NCBI GenBank assembly: GCA_035516155.1
Contig: DATJAP010000016.1
Location: forward strand, 72,426-136,425
DNA: 64,000 bases
Direction of reading: 5' to 3'
DNA from: Nitrospirota bacterium
Lineage (GTDB): Bacteria; Nitrospirota; UBA9217
Shown: one piece after another, positions 41,977 through 51,335 of the stretch
Numbering within the stretch: position 1 is the first letter of the stretch
Layout of the letters: each line of letters starts with the position of its first letter
Program-made: the position numbers and the translations under genes
Notes under the pieces: model-generated
Told to the model about the DNA's origin: nothing
The model's input: the letters and a program-made list of their open reading frames with translations, nothing else
Database searches by the model: none

Positions 41977-43092
41977 CTATACTCTCATGGGCATGACCAC
42001 GCACTTGTAATGTTCGTCGCCGTCCTCAGTAATGAGGCAGGGGCTCAGGGGGTCATTGAGCTCAATCGCGATATGCTCCCGGTCCATCGACATGAGCACA
42101 TCCATGAGGTAGCGGGAATTGAAGCCGATGGCGATTCCTTCGCCCGCGTAATCCACAGCCAGCTCTTCGCTCGCCTCCCCGATTTCCGGGTTATTCGTCG
42201 AGAGAATGATGCGTTCCTTCTCTAGCTGCAGCTTGACGGCGTTGGTCTTTTCCTTGGACAGGATCGAAACCCTCTTGACCGCATGGGTCATCACTTCCTT
42301 GGACACAGTCACCTTCTTCGAGCTCTTCGCAGGCACTACCTGGAGATAATTGGGATAGTTGCCGTCGATGAGCTTTGATACCATGACAAGCCCGTCGCGT
42401 TTAAAGAGGGCGTGATTTTTGCTGAACCCGAGCCTGAGCTCGGTCTTGGGTGCATCCTCTTCAAGAAGACGCCGGAGCTCCATCATGGCTTTCTTGGGGA
42501 TAATGATGCTCTCCTCCTTATGCTTGGCGTCAACAACGCGGTCAATCATGGAAAGCCGGTGGCCGTCGGTGCCGACCATGCGGATATTGAGTCCGCCCTT
42601 TGCCTGGGTCATGTGCATGAAAAGTCCGTTCAGCACATACCGGGCGTCATTCTCACCTACCGAGTACAGTGTCTTCCTGATCATGTCGCGGAGCATGTCG
42701 CCGTCGATGGATATCATTCCTTCTTCCGCCACATCGGGAAGTGCAGGATATTCGTCTTTCGGCAGTCCCACTAGCTTAAACTGCGAATGCCCCGATAGTA
42801 TTTTCACCCAGTTGCCTTCTTCAACTTTTATCTGCACGTCATCCGCAGGGAGCTCGCGGACAATCTCGTACACCTTCTTTGCCGACACGGTTACGGAACC
42901 GGGTTTTTCGACATCCGCCACATAGCGTCCGCGGAGTCCGATCTCCAGATCCGTGGCTATGATTTCAACGCTGCCGCCCTCGGCTGTGAGGAGCATATTC
43001 GAGAGGATGGGCATGGTGTTCTTTTTTTCCACAACGCCCTGAATTCTCTGCAGACCCTTCAGGATTTCCTCTTTCTTGATTTTCAGTTTCAT
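41977..43092 (-). CDS. dnaN: DNA polymerase III beta sliding clamp
   Basis: 371 aa. MKLKIKKEEILKGLQRIQGVVEKKNTMPILSNMLL... is the typical DnaN start, and the gene sits between dnaA and gyrB. Confidence 0.95.
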   Translation of the reverse strand: MKLKIKKEEILKGLQRIQGVVEKKNTMPILSNMLLTAEGGSVEIIATDLEIGLRGRYVADVEKPGSVTVSAKKVYEIVRELPADDVQIKVEEGNWVKILSGHSQFKLVGLPKDEYPALPDVAEEGMISIDGDMLRDMIRKTLYSVGENDARYVLNGLFMHMTQAKGGLNIRMVGTDGHRLSMIDRVVDAKHKEESIIIPKKAMMELRRLLEEDAPKTELRLGFSKNHALFKRDGLVMVSKLIDGNYPNYLQVVPAKSSKKVTVSKEVMTHAVKRVSILSKEKTNAVKLQLEKERIILSTNNPEIGEASEELAVDYAGEGIAIGFNSRYLMDVLMSMDREHIAIELNDPLSPCLITEDGDEHYKCVVMPMRV

Positions 43093-43179
43093 CTAGGGAA
43101 GCCTCCTGTCACATCCACGAATATTATCAGAATTCCCATTAAATAGCAATAAGTTTTTACTGCATTTTCTATTTGAATT

Positions 43180-44508
43180 TCAACGCTTTAGCTGTCTAAT
43201 TAACATCTCGATTCTTGACCGTAGCTCGCTGTCTTTTTCTTTCTTTTCTTCGATCACTTTACACGAGTGAATGACGGTGCTGTGGTCCTTGCCGCCGAAG
43301 AAGTTGCCGATCTCGGGAAGCGATGAGTTCGCCAGTGTGCGGCAGAGATACATCGCCACCTGCCGCGGCAGCACCACGGCCTTGGTGCGGCGTTTCGATT
43401 TCAGATCCGAAATTTTTACGCCAAACGATTCAGCCACGAACTTCTGGACGAGGTCGTTGGTGATGATTTTATCCCTGTTGTCAATCAGGTACTTCAGCTC
43501 GTTTTTTGCGAGTTCCTGGGTTATCTCGGTATTTGTCAGCGACGAGACGGCGCCGAGTTTGACGAGCCCTCCTTCAAGTTCGCGGATATTGCTCTTCATC
43601 ATCGCCGCGAGAAACTCAGCCACATCGTCGGGCAGGCGAATTCCCCAGAACTCCGCCTTCTTCTTCAGGATGGCTATCCTCGTCTCCAGGTCCGGCGGCT
43701 GGATGTCGGAGATCAGGCCGGACTCGAACCGCGATCGGAGACGCTCTTCAATATCGGGAATTTCCTTGGGCTGGCGGTCACTGGTCAGAACAATCTGTTT
43801 CTGCGCCTCATAGAGGGCGTTGAAGGTGTGAAAGAACTCTTCCTGTGTCCGCTCCTTGCCGGCGATGAACTGGATATCGTCGATGATCAGAACATCCATG
43901 TTCCGGTATTTCTGGCGGAACTCCTCCATCCGCTGGTGGCTCATGCGGTTGATCAATTCATTCGTGAACTGCTCCGAGGAAAGGTAGGCTACTTTGGTGC
44001 GCGGTGATTTACCCTGAATGTAATGGCCGATGGAATTGATGAGATGGGTCTTCCCGAGCCCGACCCCGCTGTAGATGAACAGTGGGTTGTAGGCTCTTCC
44101 CGGAGCATCGGCAACGGCCTTTGCCGCCGCATGTGCAAACTGGTTGCTCGGCCCGACGACGAAGGTGCTGAACGTATATTTTTTTTCAAAGAGCCCGATC
44201 TTTTCCTCGCGGCCCTCTTTTTTTTCTTCCTTTGTCTGGCGTACAGCCTTTTTCGACTGCTGGGGCTGGACAAAGAATTCTATTTCCATGTCCTCTCTCT
44301 TGGTAATTTCACGGATAACATCGCTTAGTGTCCCCCAGTGATGCTCCTTGATCCAATCACGATGGAACTTGCTTGGCACTTCTATCAGCAGCCGGTTGCC
44401 ATCAATGGACAGAAGTTTCGATTGACTGAACCAAGTATCGTAACCCTGCTTGGACATTCGATTTTCTATGAGAAGCAGTATTTCTTCCCAAATTCTTTCT
44501 TGATCCAT
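43180..44508 (-). CDS. dnaA: chromosomal replication initiator DnaA
   Basis: ORF 43180..44520, ATG 44508. Walker A GVGLGKTHL, DDIQF, and the C-terminal DNA-binding helix ...LPRQVAMYLCR...GGKDHSTVIHSCK. Confidence 0.97.
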   Translation of the reverse strand: MDQERIWEEILLLIENRMSKQGYDTWFSQSKLLSIDGNRLLIEVPSKFHRDWIKEHHWGTLSDVIREITKREDMEIEFFVQPQQSKKAVRQTKEEKKEGREEKIGLFEKKYTFSTFVVGPSNQFAHAAAKAVADAPGRAYNPLFIYSGVGLGKTHLINSIGHYIQGKSPRTKVAYLSSEQFTNELINRMSHQRMEEFRQKYRNMDVLIIDDIQFIAGKERTQEEFFHTFNALYEAQKQIVLTSDRQPKEIPDIEERLRSRFESGLISDIQPPDLETRIAILKKKAEFWGIRLPDDVAEFLAAMMKSNIRELEGGLVKLGAVSSLTNTEITQELAKNELKYLIDNRDKIITNDLVQKFVAESFGVKISDLKSKRRTKAVVLPRQVAMYLCRTLANSSLPEIGNFFGGKDHSTVIHSCKVIEEKKEKDSELRSRIEMLIRQLKR

Positions 44509-44556
44509 GAAATACCCCAAAAATACTCGAAAAAACAGTGGTGGTTACAAACATCC

Positions 44557-44576
44557 TTATCCACAGGTGTGGACAA
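44557..44576. promoter_or_regulatory. converging pair of DnaA boxes
   Basis: TTATCCACA (44557-44565, perfect consensus), then GG, then TGTGGACAA (44568-44576, the reverse complement of TTGTCCACA). The pair lies 49-68 nt upstream of the dnaA ATG. Confidence 0.75.
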
Positions 44577-44941
44577 AACAAATTTTTATAATTTTTCAGT
44601 ATATTATGACTCTGTTCGGAGCCACTTTGTCAGCTTTTTATTCCTCATTATTGTGTATTTTTCAGGGTTCCTTGATAAGTGTACTTAGCATGCATCTTGC
44701 AAAATATATCGGAATAATAAACCTAGCTAGCATGGCGAGGCAAGACTATACCAGAACCCGAATTTTCTCGCAAGGTATTTTTGTTCGGGTTTTTCGTTCC
44801 GGACAAGATGTCGTAGACGAACTCGCCTTTGCTTGTCTGCTTATCATTGAAAACATTAGGACGATTCGAAAATCGCATGCCCTTATGCTGCGCTTTTGAA
44901 TTCTGATGTAAACATGAGAACGAAACTATATAAAAAATTGC

Positions 44942-44970
44942 TTGACTTCGAAACTATGCCTTGGTATAAT
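44942..44970 (+). promoter_or_regulatory. sigma-70-type promoter for the tusA-like operon
   Basis: TTGACT (44942-44947), 17-nt spacer, TATAAT (44965-44970), about 90 nt upstream of ATG 45060. Confidence 0.6.
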
Positions 44971-45059
44971 AAAACGGTTGTTTCAATTTTATTAAAATCA
45001 ATTTTTTCTGTGGCTTCAGCTTACTCACAATACTTACAATTTCAGGAGGTAAAAGAATT

Positions 45060-45302
45060 ATGTCTGCAGAAACGAAGTTCGATCAACTTTTGGATGCAAA
45101 AGGTTTGAGTTGCCCTCTTCCGATCTTGAAAACCAAGAAAGCTGTTGAAGCTCTTACAAAAGATCAGGTCCTGAAAGTGGAAACCACGGACCCCGGTTCA
45201 AAAAACGACATGGCGTCATGGGCAAAGAGAACAGGTAATGAAATCGTGAAGCTTGAAGAGGGCTCCGGCATATTTACCTTTTATATTAAGAAAAAGGCAT
45301 AA
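45060..45302 (+). CDS. TusA/SirA-family sulfur-carrier protein
   Basis: 80 aa. LDAKGLSCPLPILKTKKAV contains the conserved Cys-Pro motif. AGGAGG precedes the ATG. Confidence 0.8.
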   Translation: MSAETKFDQLLDAKGLSCPLPILKTKKAVEALTKDQVLKVETTDPGSKNDMASWAKRTGNEIVKLEEGSGIFTFYIKKKA

Positions 45303-45312
45303 GGAGAACATT

Positions 45313-45786
45313 ATGGCAAATAAAAAAATGACGATAATTGCATCCAAGGGTTCGTTGGACATGGCCTACCCGCCCTTGATCCTCGCGACAACAGCTGCAG
45401 CCATGGATATCGACGTTACGATTTTTTTCACCTTCTACGGCCTCGACATAATTAAAAAAAATAATGCCGACAACCTAAAGATCTCTCCGCTCGGGAATCC
45501 CGCCATGCCAATGCCTGTGCCGATTCCGACCCTCGTTGCATCGTTGCCAGGGATGGAGGCAATGGCAACGGCCATGATGAAGTCGATGTTCAAAAAACAC
45601 GGGGTTGCGAGCATCGGCCAACTACTTGAACTTGCTAAAGAAAGCGGTGTGAAACTGATTGGATGCCAGATGACCATGGATGTCATGGGTGTCAAACAAT
45701 CCGACATCATTGATGGTGTTGAGTTCGGCGGAGCAGCAACGTGGCTGGACGCTGCCGCAGACTCGCAGATCAACCTGTTTATTTAA
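45313..45786 (+). CDS. DsrE/DsrF-like family protein
   Basis: ORF 45253..45786. ATG 45313 lies behind AAGGAG. MANKKMTIIASKGSLDMAYPPLILATTAAAMD...LIGCQMTMDVMG is typical of DsrE-like partners of TusA. Confidence 0.7.
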   Translation: MANKKMTIIASKGSLDMAYPPLILATTAAAMDIDVTIFFTFYGLDIIKKNNADNLKISPLGNPAMPMPVPIPTLVASLPGMEAMATAMMKSMFKKHGVASIGQLLELAKESGVKLIGCQMTMDVMGVKQSDIIDGVEFGGAATWLDAAADSQINLFI

Positions 45787-45817
45787 CCTCGTCGTGCTTT
45801 ATTTTTTAACCTCAAAT

Positions 45818-45849
45818 AAAACCGGTTCCTTCATGGAGTCGGTTTTTTT
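45818..45849 (+). terminator. rho-independent terminator after the tusA/dsrE-like pair
   Basis: Imperfect stem ACCGGTTCC / GGAGTCGGT (45821-45829 / 45835-45843) followed by TTTTTTT. Confidence 0.65.
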
Positions 45850-46037
45850 CTTTCCTCGACACAAAGGCGCGTAAACGCAAAGACCGTTGTTGATTGTCGT
45901 TTTCAATCATTGGATTTTTTCCAGGCCTTCGTGCCTTCGCATTTAATTTATAAGATATCTGATTCCGGTTTTCCCCGCTGGCGTTCCCTCTTGCGGACCG
46001 CTGGACATTTCTTTTCGTTTGTGTTAAAAAAGTCCCC

Positions 46038-46382
46038 ATGCGCATACCGGACAACCTCAAATATGACGAAAAAGGCCTTATCCCCGCCGTGATCCAGGAC
46101 TGGAAAACAGGTGAAGTTCTGATGGTCGCTTACATGAACGCAGAATCCGTGAAAAAGACCGTAGAGACCGGTCTCACCTGGTTCTGGAGCCGTTCACGCC
46201 AGAAATTCTGGCAAAAGGGGGAAACCTCCGGTCATGTCCAGCGGGTAAAGGATATACTCTATGATTGCGACCAGGACACTCTTCTGGTAAAGGTTGATCA
46301 GACCGGACCTGCGTGCCATACAGGCGCGCGCAGCTGCTTTTTCAGGAGCTTCTCCGGTTCCGGGGAGGAAAAGAAATCGTGA
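46038..46382 (+). CDS. hisI: phosphoribosyl-AMP cyclohydrolase
   Basis: 114 aa. ...[25 protein letters not shown]...[20 protein letters not shown]...DCDQDTLL...GPACHTG. Confidence 0.9.
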   Translation: MRIPDNLKYDEKGLIPAVIQDWKTGEVLMVAYMNAESVKKTVETGLTWFWSRSRQKFWQKGETSGHVQRVKDILYDCDQDTLLVKVDQTGPACHTGARSCFFRSFSGSGEEKKS

Positions 46383-46732
46383 TCCGGGATTCGAATTGTA
46401 TCTTCTGCAAAATTGTCGATAAAAAAGTGCCCTCCAAGATCGTCTACGAGGACGAAACAGTCATCGCGTTCGAGGACACGAACCCGCAGGCACCCGTGCA
46501 TACGCTCGTTGTTCCCAAGCGACATATTCCCGAGATCCACAGCATGACGGAGGCGGACCGAGAACTCGTTGGCCATCTTTTTTTTACCGCGAAAAAAATT
46601 GCGGACGAAAAAGGCTTGGATGCGAAGGGATACCGCCTGGTCATCAACAACGGCGCCGGGGCGGGGCAGACCGTGTTTCATGTCCATCTTCATCTTTTAT
46701 CAGGCCGTCATTTTCGCTGGCCTCCGGGTTAG
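46379..46732 (+). CDS. HIT-family (histidine triad) nucleotide hydrolase/transferase
   Basis: ORF 46313..46732. Likely GTG 46379, overlapping the hisI stop (GTGA). CIFCKIV...[19 protein letters not shown]...[12 protein letters not shown]. Confidence 0.85.
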   Translation: MIRDSNCIFCKIVDKKVPSKIVYEDETVIAFEDTNPQAPVHTLVVPKRHIPEIHSMTEADRELVGHLFFTAKKIADEKGLDAKGYRLVINNGAGAGQTVFHVHLHLLSGRHFRWPPG

Positions 46733-47036
46733 CCACAACTCCTTGTGAGTTGGAGAAGAACAATCTGTGCATATCTTCGCCTCCCGTCTTTTCAACACCA
46801 CTGTCCCCGGCAATCCACGAGCATTTCCTCTGGATGTGCCTTTTCTTTTTCGTTTCTCTTTCAATACGTTTTCGCCCTTTCCAACATATCCACAGGACTT
46901 ACTACTACTACTGCTATTTTATTAATATATATTCATAATAGGTTCTTACTTCTTCATGCTGTCAATAACAGACATCGCAAAGCCTTCATGACCAAACACA
47001 TTGCATACCGTCGGTGTTCATGGTATAAAAAGAGCC

Positions 47037-47609
47037 ATGAAGAACATTGCAAATTTTCTTTTTGAAGCGGGAATGTTGAAGCGCACTCCCCGGAGCGGTT
47101 TTCAATTCCTCGGCAGCGGCGCTGAGTCCGTTGCAGAACATATTTTCCGCACAACCTATATCGGCTTTGCCCTCGGGAAACTCGTTCAAGGAGTTGATGT
47201 CGATCGCTTGGTCAGGATGTGCCTGTTCCACGATCTTCCCGAAGCAAGGACCGGGGACCTCAACTATGTGAATAAAAAATATGTCGACGCGGACGAAAAA
47301 AAGGCGGTTGAAGACCTGGCGCAGACGCTGCCCTTCGGCAATGAGATTCAGGATCTGGTCTTGGAATTTATAGAAGGGAAAACGGAGGAAGCACAACTGG
47401 CCAGGGATGCCGACCAACTGGAAATGATCCTGGCGCTGAAGGAGTATAAGGACCTGGGAAATAAATATGCCAATGAATGGCTCGAATTTTCGCTCAGGCG
47501 GCTCCGAACCGATGCCGCGCGCGAACTGGCGAAGACCATCCTGGACACCGATTCATCGCTGTGGTGGTTCAGCGACAAGGGTGACTGGTGGGTCAGCGGC
47601 GGCAAGTGA
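47037..47609 (+). CDS. HD-domain phosphohydrolase (YfbR-like 5'-nucleotidase family)
   Basis: ORF 47001..47609, ATG 47037. LKRTPRSGF...ESVAEHIF...CLFHDLPEARTGD. Confidence 0.75.
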   Translation: MKNIANFLFEAGMLKRTPRSGFQFLGSGAESVAEHIFRTTYIGFALGKLVQGVDVDRLVRMCLFHDLPEARTGDLNYVNKKYVDADEKKAVEDLAQTLPFGNEIQDLVLEFIEGKTEEAQLARDADQLEMILALKEYKDLGNKYANEWLEFSLRRLRTDAARELAKTILDTDSSLWWFSDKGDWWVSGGK

Positions 47610-48230
47610 TGAAACGGACCGGTAAACCATGTCCGCCGTCATGTCGCCTGATACGCTGATTCGAAAGATGCGGCGGCCGCGCCTTTCATAGTGCTCGATG
47701 AGCGGGGCGGTCCGCTCGCGGTAAATTACGAGTTTTTTCTCTATCAATTCTTTATTGTCATCTACACGTTCCGTCCGGTCTCCACCCACGTTGTCTCTGA
47801 TGCGGCAGTGAACGTCCTCCGCCGTGCAATCGAGAATAATAAGCGCATGAATGGTTCCGATTCTCGCGATGTCCAGAGCCTGACCCGGGTGACGAGGGAT
47901 GCCGTTTAGAACGAGCAAATCCTTTTGATTAAAACAGGTCCGGTCCAGAAAAAGAGAGATGATCTTTTCTGCCAGGGAGAAATGTTCGTTTTCCAGCAGC
48001 AGCCCCTGTTTGAGGACTCCATGAATAAAATTAAGTTCATCATGAGAATAATCGGCAGAACGCTCCCTGTCCGATACGGCGAGACGCAATTCGGCTCCGA
48101 AATCAAGGTGACGGCAGATCCGTCCGAACAGTCCATGCAGCGCGAGAGCATCGCCAAGTGGGCTTTTGCCTACGCCGGTGGGGCCGAGGAGGAGGACAGC
48201 GTCAACAGGGTATGTGTACTTTGTTATCAT
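47553..48230 (-). CDS. adenylate-kinase-like P-loop nucleoside-monophosphate kinase family protein
   Basis: 225 aa. P-loop LLLGPTGVGKS, LNGIPRHPGQA (compare LDGFPR of Adk), and RVDDNKELIEKKLVIYRERTAPLIEHY. The 3' end overlaps the convergent HD gene by 57 nt. Confidence 0.6.
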   Translation of the reverse strand: MITKYTYPVDAVLLLGPTGVGKSPLGDALALHGLFGRICRHLDFGAELRLAVSDRERSADYSHDELNFIHGVLKQGLLLENEHFSLAEKIISLFLDRTCFNQKDLLVLNGIPRHPGQALDIARIGTIHALIILDCTAEDVHCRIRDNVGGDRTERVDDNKELIEKKLVIYRERTAPLIEHYERRGRRIFRISVSGDMTADMVYRSVSSLAAADPPVTLVAEPPQR

Positions 48231-48268
48231 CAGGTAAAAGTGAGGAAGAATGTTTAAACCGGCAAGAT

Positions 48269-48703
48269 TCAGCGCATGTTTTTTTTCTTCCTCAGACTTT
48301 CAAGACTCTTCTTCGATGCAAGGGTGAGAAGTTTCTTCGGAATCTCATCAGGCGCAAACCAGGCGATTTGATCGCATTTGTGCGGCTCGAGGATAGAGGG
48401 CGTTCCGCTTTTTATTCTGCAGAGAAATGTTGGTGAAACCCAGTGCTGTTTTTCCGAGGGTATCAGATGATTCACCACATCGAGAAGTTCATCGATTGCG
48501 ATTTCGAAGCCGTATTCTTCCCTCACCTCGCGCAGCAGGGCATACTCCAGGGTTTCACCGAATTCAACAGCCCCGCCGGGAAATTCCCATTTGCCCGACT
48601 CATTCCGGGCTTCCTTGCCGCGCCTTGCGAGAAAGACCTTACCATCGGAATTGAAGATGACGGCACCAACACCGACGCCGATATAATCGACACCCTTTTT
48701 CAT
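48269..48703 (-). CDS. NUDIX hydrolase
   Basis: ORF 48269..48733, ATG 48703. Nudix box GKWEFPGGAVEFGETLEYALLREVREEYG. Confidence 0.85.
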   Translation of the reverse strand: MKKGVDYIGVGVGAVIFNSDGKVFLARRGKEARNESGKWEFPGGAVEFGETLEYALLREVREEYGFEIAIDELLDVVNHLIPSEKQHWVSPTFLCRIKSGTPSILEPHKCDQIAWFAPDEIPKKLLTLASKKSLESLRKKKNMR

Positions 48704-48778
48704 GTATATGCCTTCGCTGCTGCAATGTACCAAAAAGAGCGGTCAAAGTCAAAACCCTGTTTCCACTATGATTTTTTC

Positions 48779-48806
48779 TTGACATCTTTCCGTTTTGGCT
48801 TATAAT
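48779..48806 (+). promoter_or_regulatory. sigma-70-type promoter for rpmH-rnpA-yidD-yidC
   Basis: TTGACA (48779-48784), 16-nt spacer, TATAAT (48801-48806), 42 nt upstream of the rpmH ATG. Confidence 0.6.
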
Positions 48807-48847
48807 ACCCCCCTGTTCACAATAATCAGAAGAAGGAGCAGGTACCG

Positions 48848-48985
48848 ATGTCGGAAACAACAGCACAAAAAAGCAACCTCAAACAGAGGCGGGCGCAGGG
48901 CTTTCGGAAGAGGATGAGCACGGCAAGCGGAAGAGAAGTTATTAATCGCCGCAGGGCAAAGGGAAGAAAGCGACTCGCGGTGTAG
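48848..48985 (+). CDS. rpmH: 50S ribosomal protein L34
   Basis: Not in the ORF track (45 aa). AAGGAG lies 8 nt before ATG 48848. The translation is [45 protein letters not shown], the L34 signature ...GFR.RM....GR.V...RR.KGRK.L.V. Confidence 0.9.
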   Translation: MSETTAQKSNLKQRRAQGFRKRMSTASGREVINRRRAKGRKRLAV

Positions 48986-49007
48986 CATTCCTGCGGACAC
49001 GCACCTC

Positions 49008-49376
49008 ATGCCGTACGCATACAAGAAAAGCGAGCGGTTGCGGAAAAATACCGAGTTTGTTTCTACGATGAAAGGAAAAAGACTGTCATTCGACGGTCTT
49101 TCTCTTTTTTATAGCGGAAACAACAAAGATAATTTCAGAGTGGGAATCTCCGTCAGTAAAAAATTGGCGAACGCGGTTAGAAGAAACAGGCTGAAACGCC
49201 AGATGCGAAGCAGCATCCAGAAAGCTCTCGCGGGGTATTCGCTGGGTTATGACCTCGTTTTTGTGGCCCGACGGGAACTCTATACGGCAGACTACAGCAA
49301 GATCCTGACTGCTGTAGAAACCATTCTTCAGAGAACCGTGCTCCACGGGCAGCGTTCGGAAGGCAGCAAATCGTGA
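49008..49376 (+). CDS. rnpA: ribonuclease P protein component
   Basis: 122 aa, directly after rpmH. Basic, with ...[25 protein letters not shown].... Confidence 0.85.
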   Translation: MPYAYKKSERLRKNTEFVSTMKGKRLSFDGLSLFYSGNNKDNFRVGISVSKKLANAVRRNRLKRQMRSSIQKALAGYSLGYDLVFVARRELYTADYSKILTAVETILQRTVLHGQRSEGSKS

Positions 49377-49582
49377 GCCGAATATTTATCGCCTTGATCC
49401 GCCTGTATCGGCGTTATATTTCCCCGCTTCTGCCGCAAGCCTGCCGGTTCACGCCGACCTGTTCAGAATACGCCCTCGAAGCTTTTGAGAAAAAAAGCAC
49501 CTTGAGGGCGATCTGGATGACTACCCTGCGGATTGCGAAGTGTCACCCCTTTCATCCCGGCGGATACGACCCTGTTCAATAG
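49373..49582 (+). CDS. yidD: membrane protein insertion efficiency factor YidD
   Basis: 69 aa. The GTG overlaps the rnpA stop. ...[30 protein letters not shown]...[12 protein letters not shown]. Confidence 0.9.
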   Translation: MSRIFIALIRLYRRYISPLLPQACRFTPTCSEYALEAFEKKSTLRAIWMTTLRIAKCHPFHPGGYDPVQ

Positions 49583-49596
49583 ATTCCGGAGGATTC

Positions 49597-51291
49597 ATGG
49601 AAACCCGAAGATTTATTTTGGCCCTCTCTCTTTCGCTGGTGGTCTTTATCCTGTACGTGCGATTTTTCGCGCCCAAACCATCTGAGAAACAGACAATGCC
49701 GGAACCTGCAAAGCAGGAAGCCGTGACGGCGAAGACCGAGCAGCCGAAGACGACGTCGATGCATCCCGGGGCTGTTGCAGGCGGAATTGAGCCGGCCGCC
49801 CAAGGAAAAGTCATCGTCGTGGAAACGGACCTCCTCAAAGCCGAGGTGAATACGGCCGGAGGAGTCATCACCCACTGGGAGCTTAAGCACTACCGGGAGG
49901 CTGACAAGACCGAGCATGGACTGGGCGTGTTATTTGCCAAAATCATGGGCCGTGCGAGAAAAGAAGAGACGCCGAAAAAGGAGCTTGGCAATGTTCAGCT
50001 CGTTCCCACCTATGAGGGGGTGAATGCGACAGAGATGGTAGCACCGCTCACCCTTGCGCCCCTTGACAAGGAGTTGTACAAGCTGTCCAAGGTTCAGTTC
50101 CAGGCGGATCATGATGCCCTGCGTCTCAGCAAGGACAAGCCGTCGGAAACACTGGTGCTCACCTACACGGGGCCGGCGGGGTTGTCCATCGAAAAGAAAT
50201 TGACGTTTTACAATGATGATTACAAGGTGGATGTCGCCGTCACGACAAGGGGTATAGACGGCTATACGCTCTCTCTTGGAACAGACTTCGGCATTGCCGA
50301 CAAGGTGAGCAAGGATGCTAGCGGCCGCGTAGGCCTTGTTTCTCTTATGGACGGTAAATTGATTACTGACAAGCTGAACAGCATCAAGGGTGAGACGCAA
50401 TTCGCGGGCGCAATAGACTGGTTCGGACAGGAAGACAAGTATTTCACCGCTACGATCATTTCCGGGGGGAACGGCATCGTCACCAGCCGGAAGACGGCAG
50501 AACCGAAGGAAATCGGCGATCTGCTCACGACGGACCTGACCGTCAAGGAGAAACCCGAAGCGCGAATGTTTACCCTCTATGCCGGACCGAAGAGTTTCAC
50601 ACTCCTGCAGGCCCACGGTCACGGGCTGGATCAGATGGTTGATTATGGATGGTTCGGCATTCTCGCCAAGCCCATGTTCTGGCTCCTCACAAAATTTTAC
50701 GCGATCACAAAGAATTACGGGATCGCAATCATTCTGCTCACAATTGTGGTGAGGCTCATCATGTTCTATCCGTCCCTGAAGAGCGCGACAGCCATGGAGG
50801 AAATGAAAAAGATCCAGCCGCAGCTCATGGCAGTCCGGGAGAAGTATAAGAAGGACCCGAACCGCATGAACCAGGAGATGATGAAGCTTTACAAGGATCA
50901 CAAGGTCAATCCCCTGGGAGGCTGCCTGCCCATGGTTCTGCAGCTGCCGTTTTTCGTTGCGCTCTACAATGTGCTGTCGGTGTCTATCGAGCTTCGCCAG
51001 TCTCCCTTCATATCCTTCTGGATCAAGGATCTGTCGGTGTTTGATCCATTCTATATTCTTCCGGTGCTTATGGGTGTAAGCATGATCTTTACCATGAAGA
51101 TGACCTCCACGACTCCGGATCCGCAGCAGGCCAAGATCATGATGTTCATGAATATAGCGTTTATTTTCCTCTTCGCCTGGCTCCCCGCCGGTCTGCTGCT
51201 CTATATTACCCTGAGCAACGTGCTTTCTATCGCACAGCAGCTTTATGTGAGAAAACACATCGCTATCAAGTCGGCTGCAGTCGCGTCCTGA
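49597..51291 (+). CDS. yidC: membrane protein insertase YidC
   Basis: ORF 49540..51291. ATG 49597 lies behind GGAGGA. TM1, then a large periplasmic domain, then the conserved C-terminal core (...NYGIAIILLTIVVRL...KVNPLGGCLPMVLQLPFF...). Confidence 0.95.
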   Translation: METRRFILALSLSLVVFILYVRFFAPKPSEKQTMPEPAKQEAVTAKTEQPKTTSMHPGAVAGGIEPAAQGKVIVVETDLLKAEVNTAGGVITHWELKHYREADKTEHGLGVLFAKIMGRARKEETPKKELGNVQLVPTYEGVNATEMVAPLTLAPLDKELYKLSKVQFQADHDALRLSKDKPSETLVLTYTGPAGLSIEKKLTFYNDDYKVDVAVTTRGIDGYTLSLGTDFGIADKVSKDASGRVGLVSLMDGKLITDKLNSIKGETQFAGAIDWFGQEDKYFTATIISGGNGIVTSRKTAEPKEIGDLLTTDLTVKEKPEARMFTLYAGPKSFTLLQAHGHGLDQMVDYGWFGILAKPMFWLLTKFYAITKNYGIAIILLTIVVRLIMFYPSLKSATAMEEMKKIQPQLMAVREKYKKDPNRMNQEMMKLYKDHKVNPLGGCLPMVLQLPFFVALYNVLSVSIELRQSPFISFWIKDLSVFDPFYILPVLMGVSMIFTMKMTSTTPDPQQAKIMMFMNIAFIFLFAWLPAGLLLYITLSNVLSIAQQLYVRKHIAIKSAAVAS

Positions 51292-51304
51292 CAATCCCAA
51301 AATG

Positions 51305-51335
51305 CCCGCTCCCCCATTAACAGAACGGGAGCGGG
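51305..51335 (+). terminator. terminator-like hairpin after yidC
   Basis: 9-bp stem CCCGCTCCC / GGGAGCGGG (51305-51313 / 51327-51335) followed by CTTTCCCTT. Confidence 0.55.

Larger units (their letters stand above)
44521..45059. other. dnaA upstream region / candidate oriC (AT-rich)
   Basis: 539-bp AT-rich intergenic region. Gene orientation switches here: minus-strand replication genes lie to the left and plus-strand genes to the right. It contains the DnaA-box pair listed below. Only two strong boxes were found by eye. Confidence 0.5.

Noticed and set aside
49930-51300. 456-aa ORF antisense to yidC
   Set aside because: The opposite strand encodes an unmistakable YidC. The antisense product is low-complexity (His/Arg/Leu/Gly-rich) and has no credible start context.
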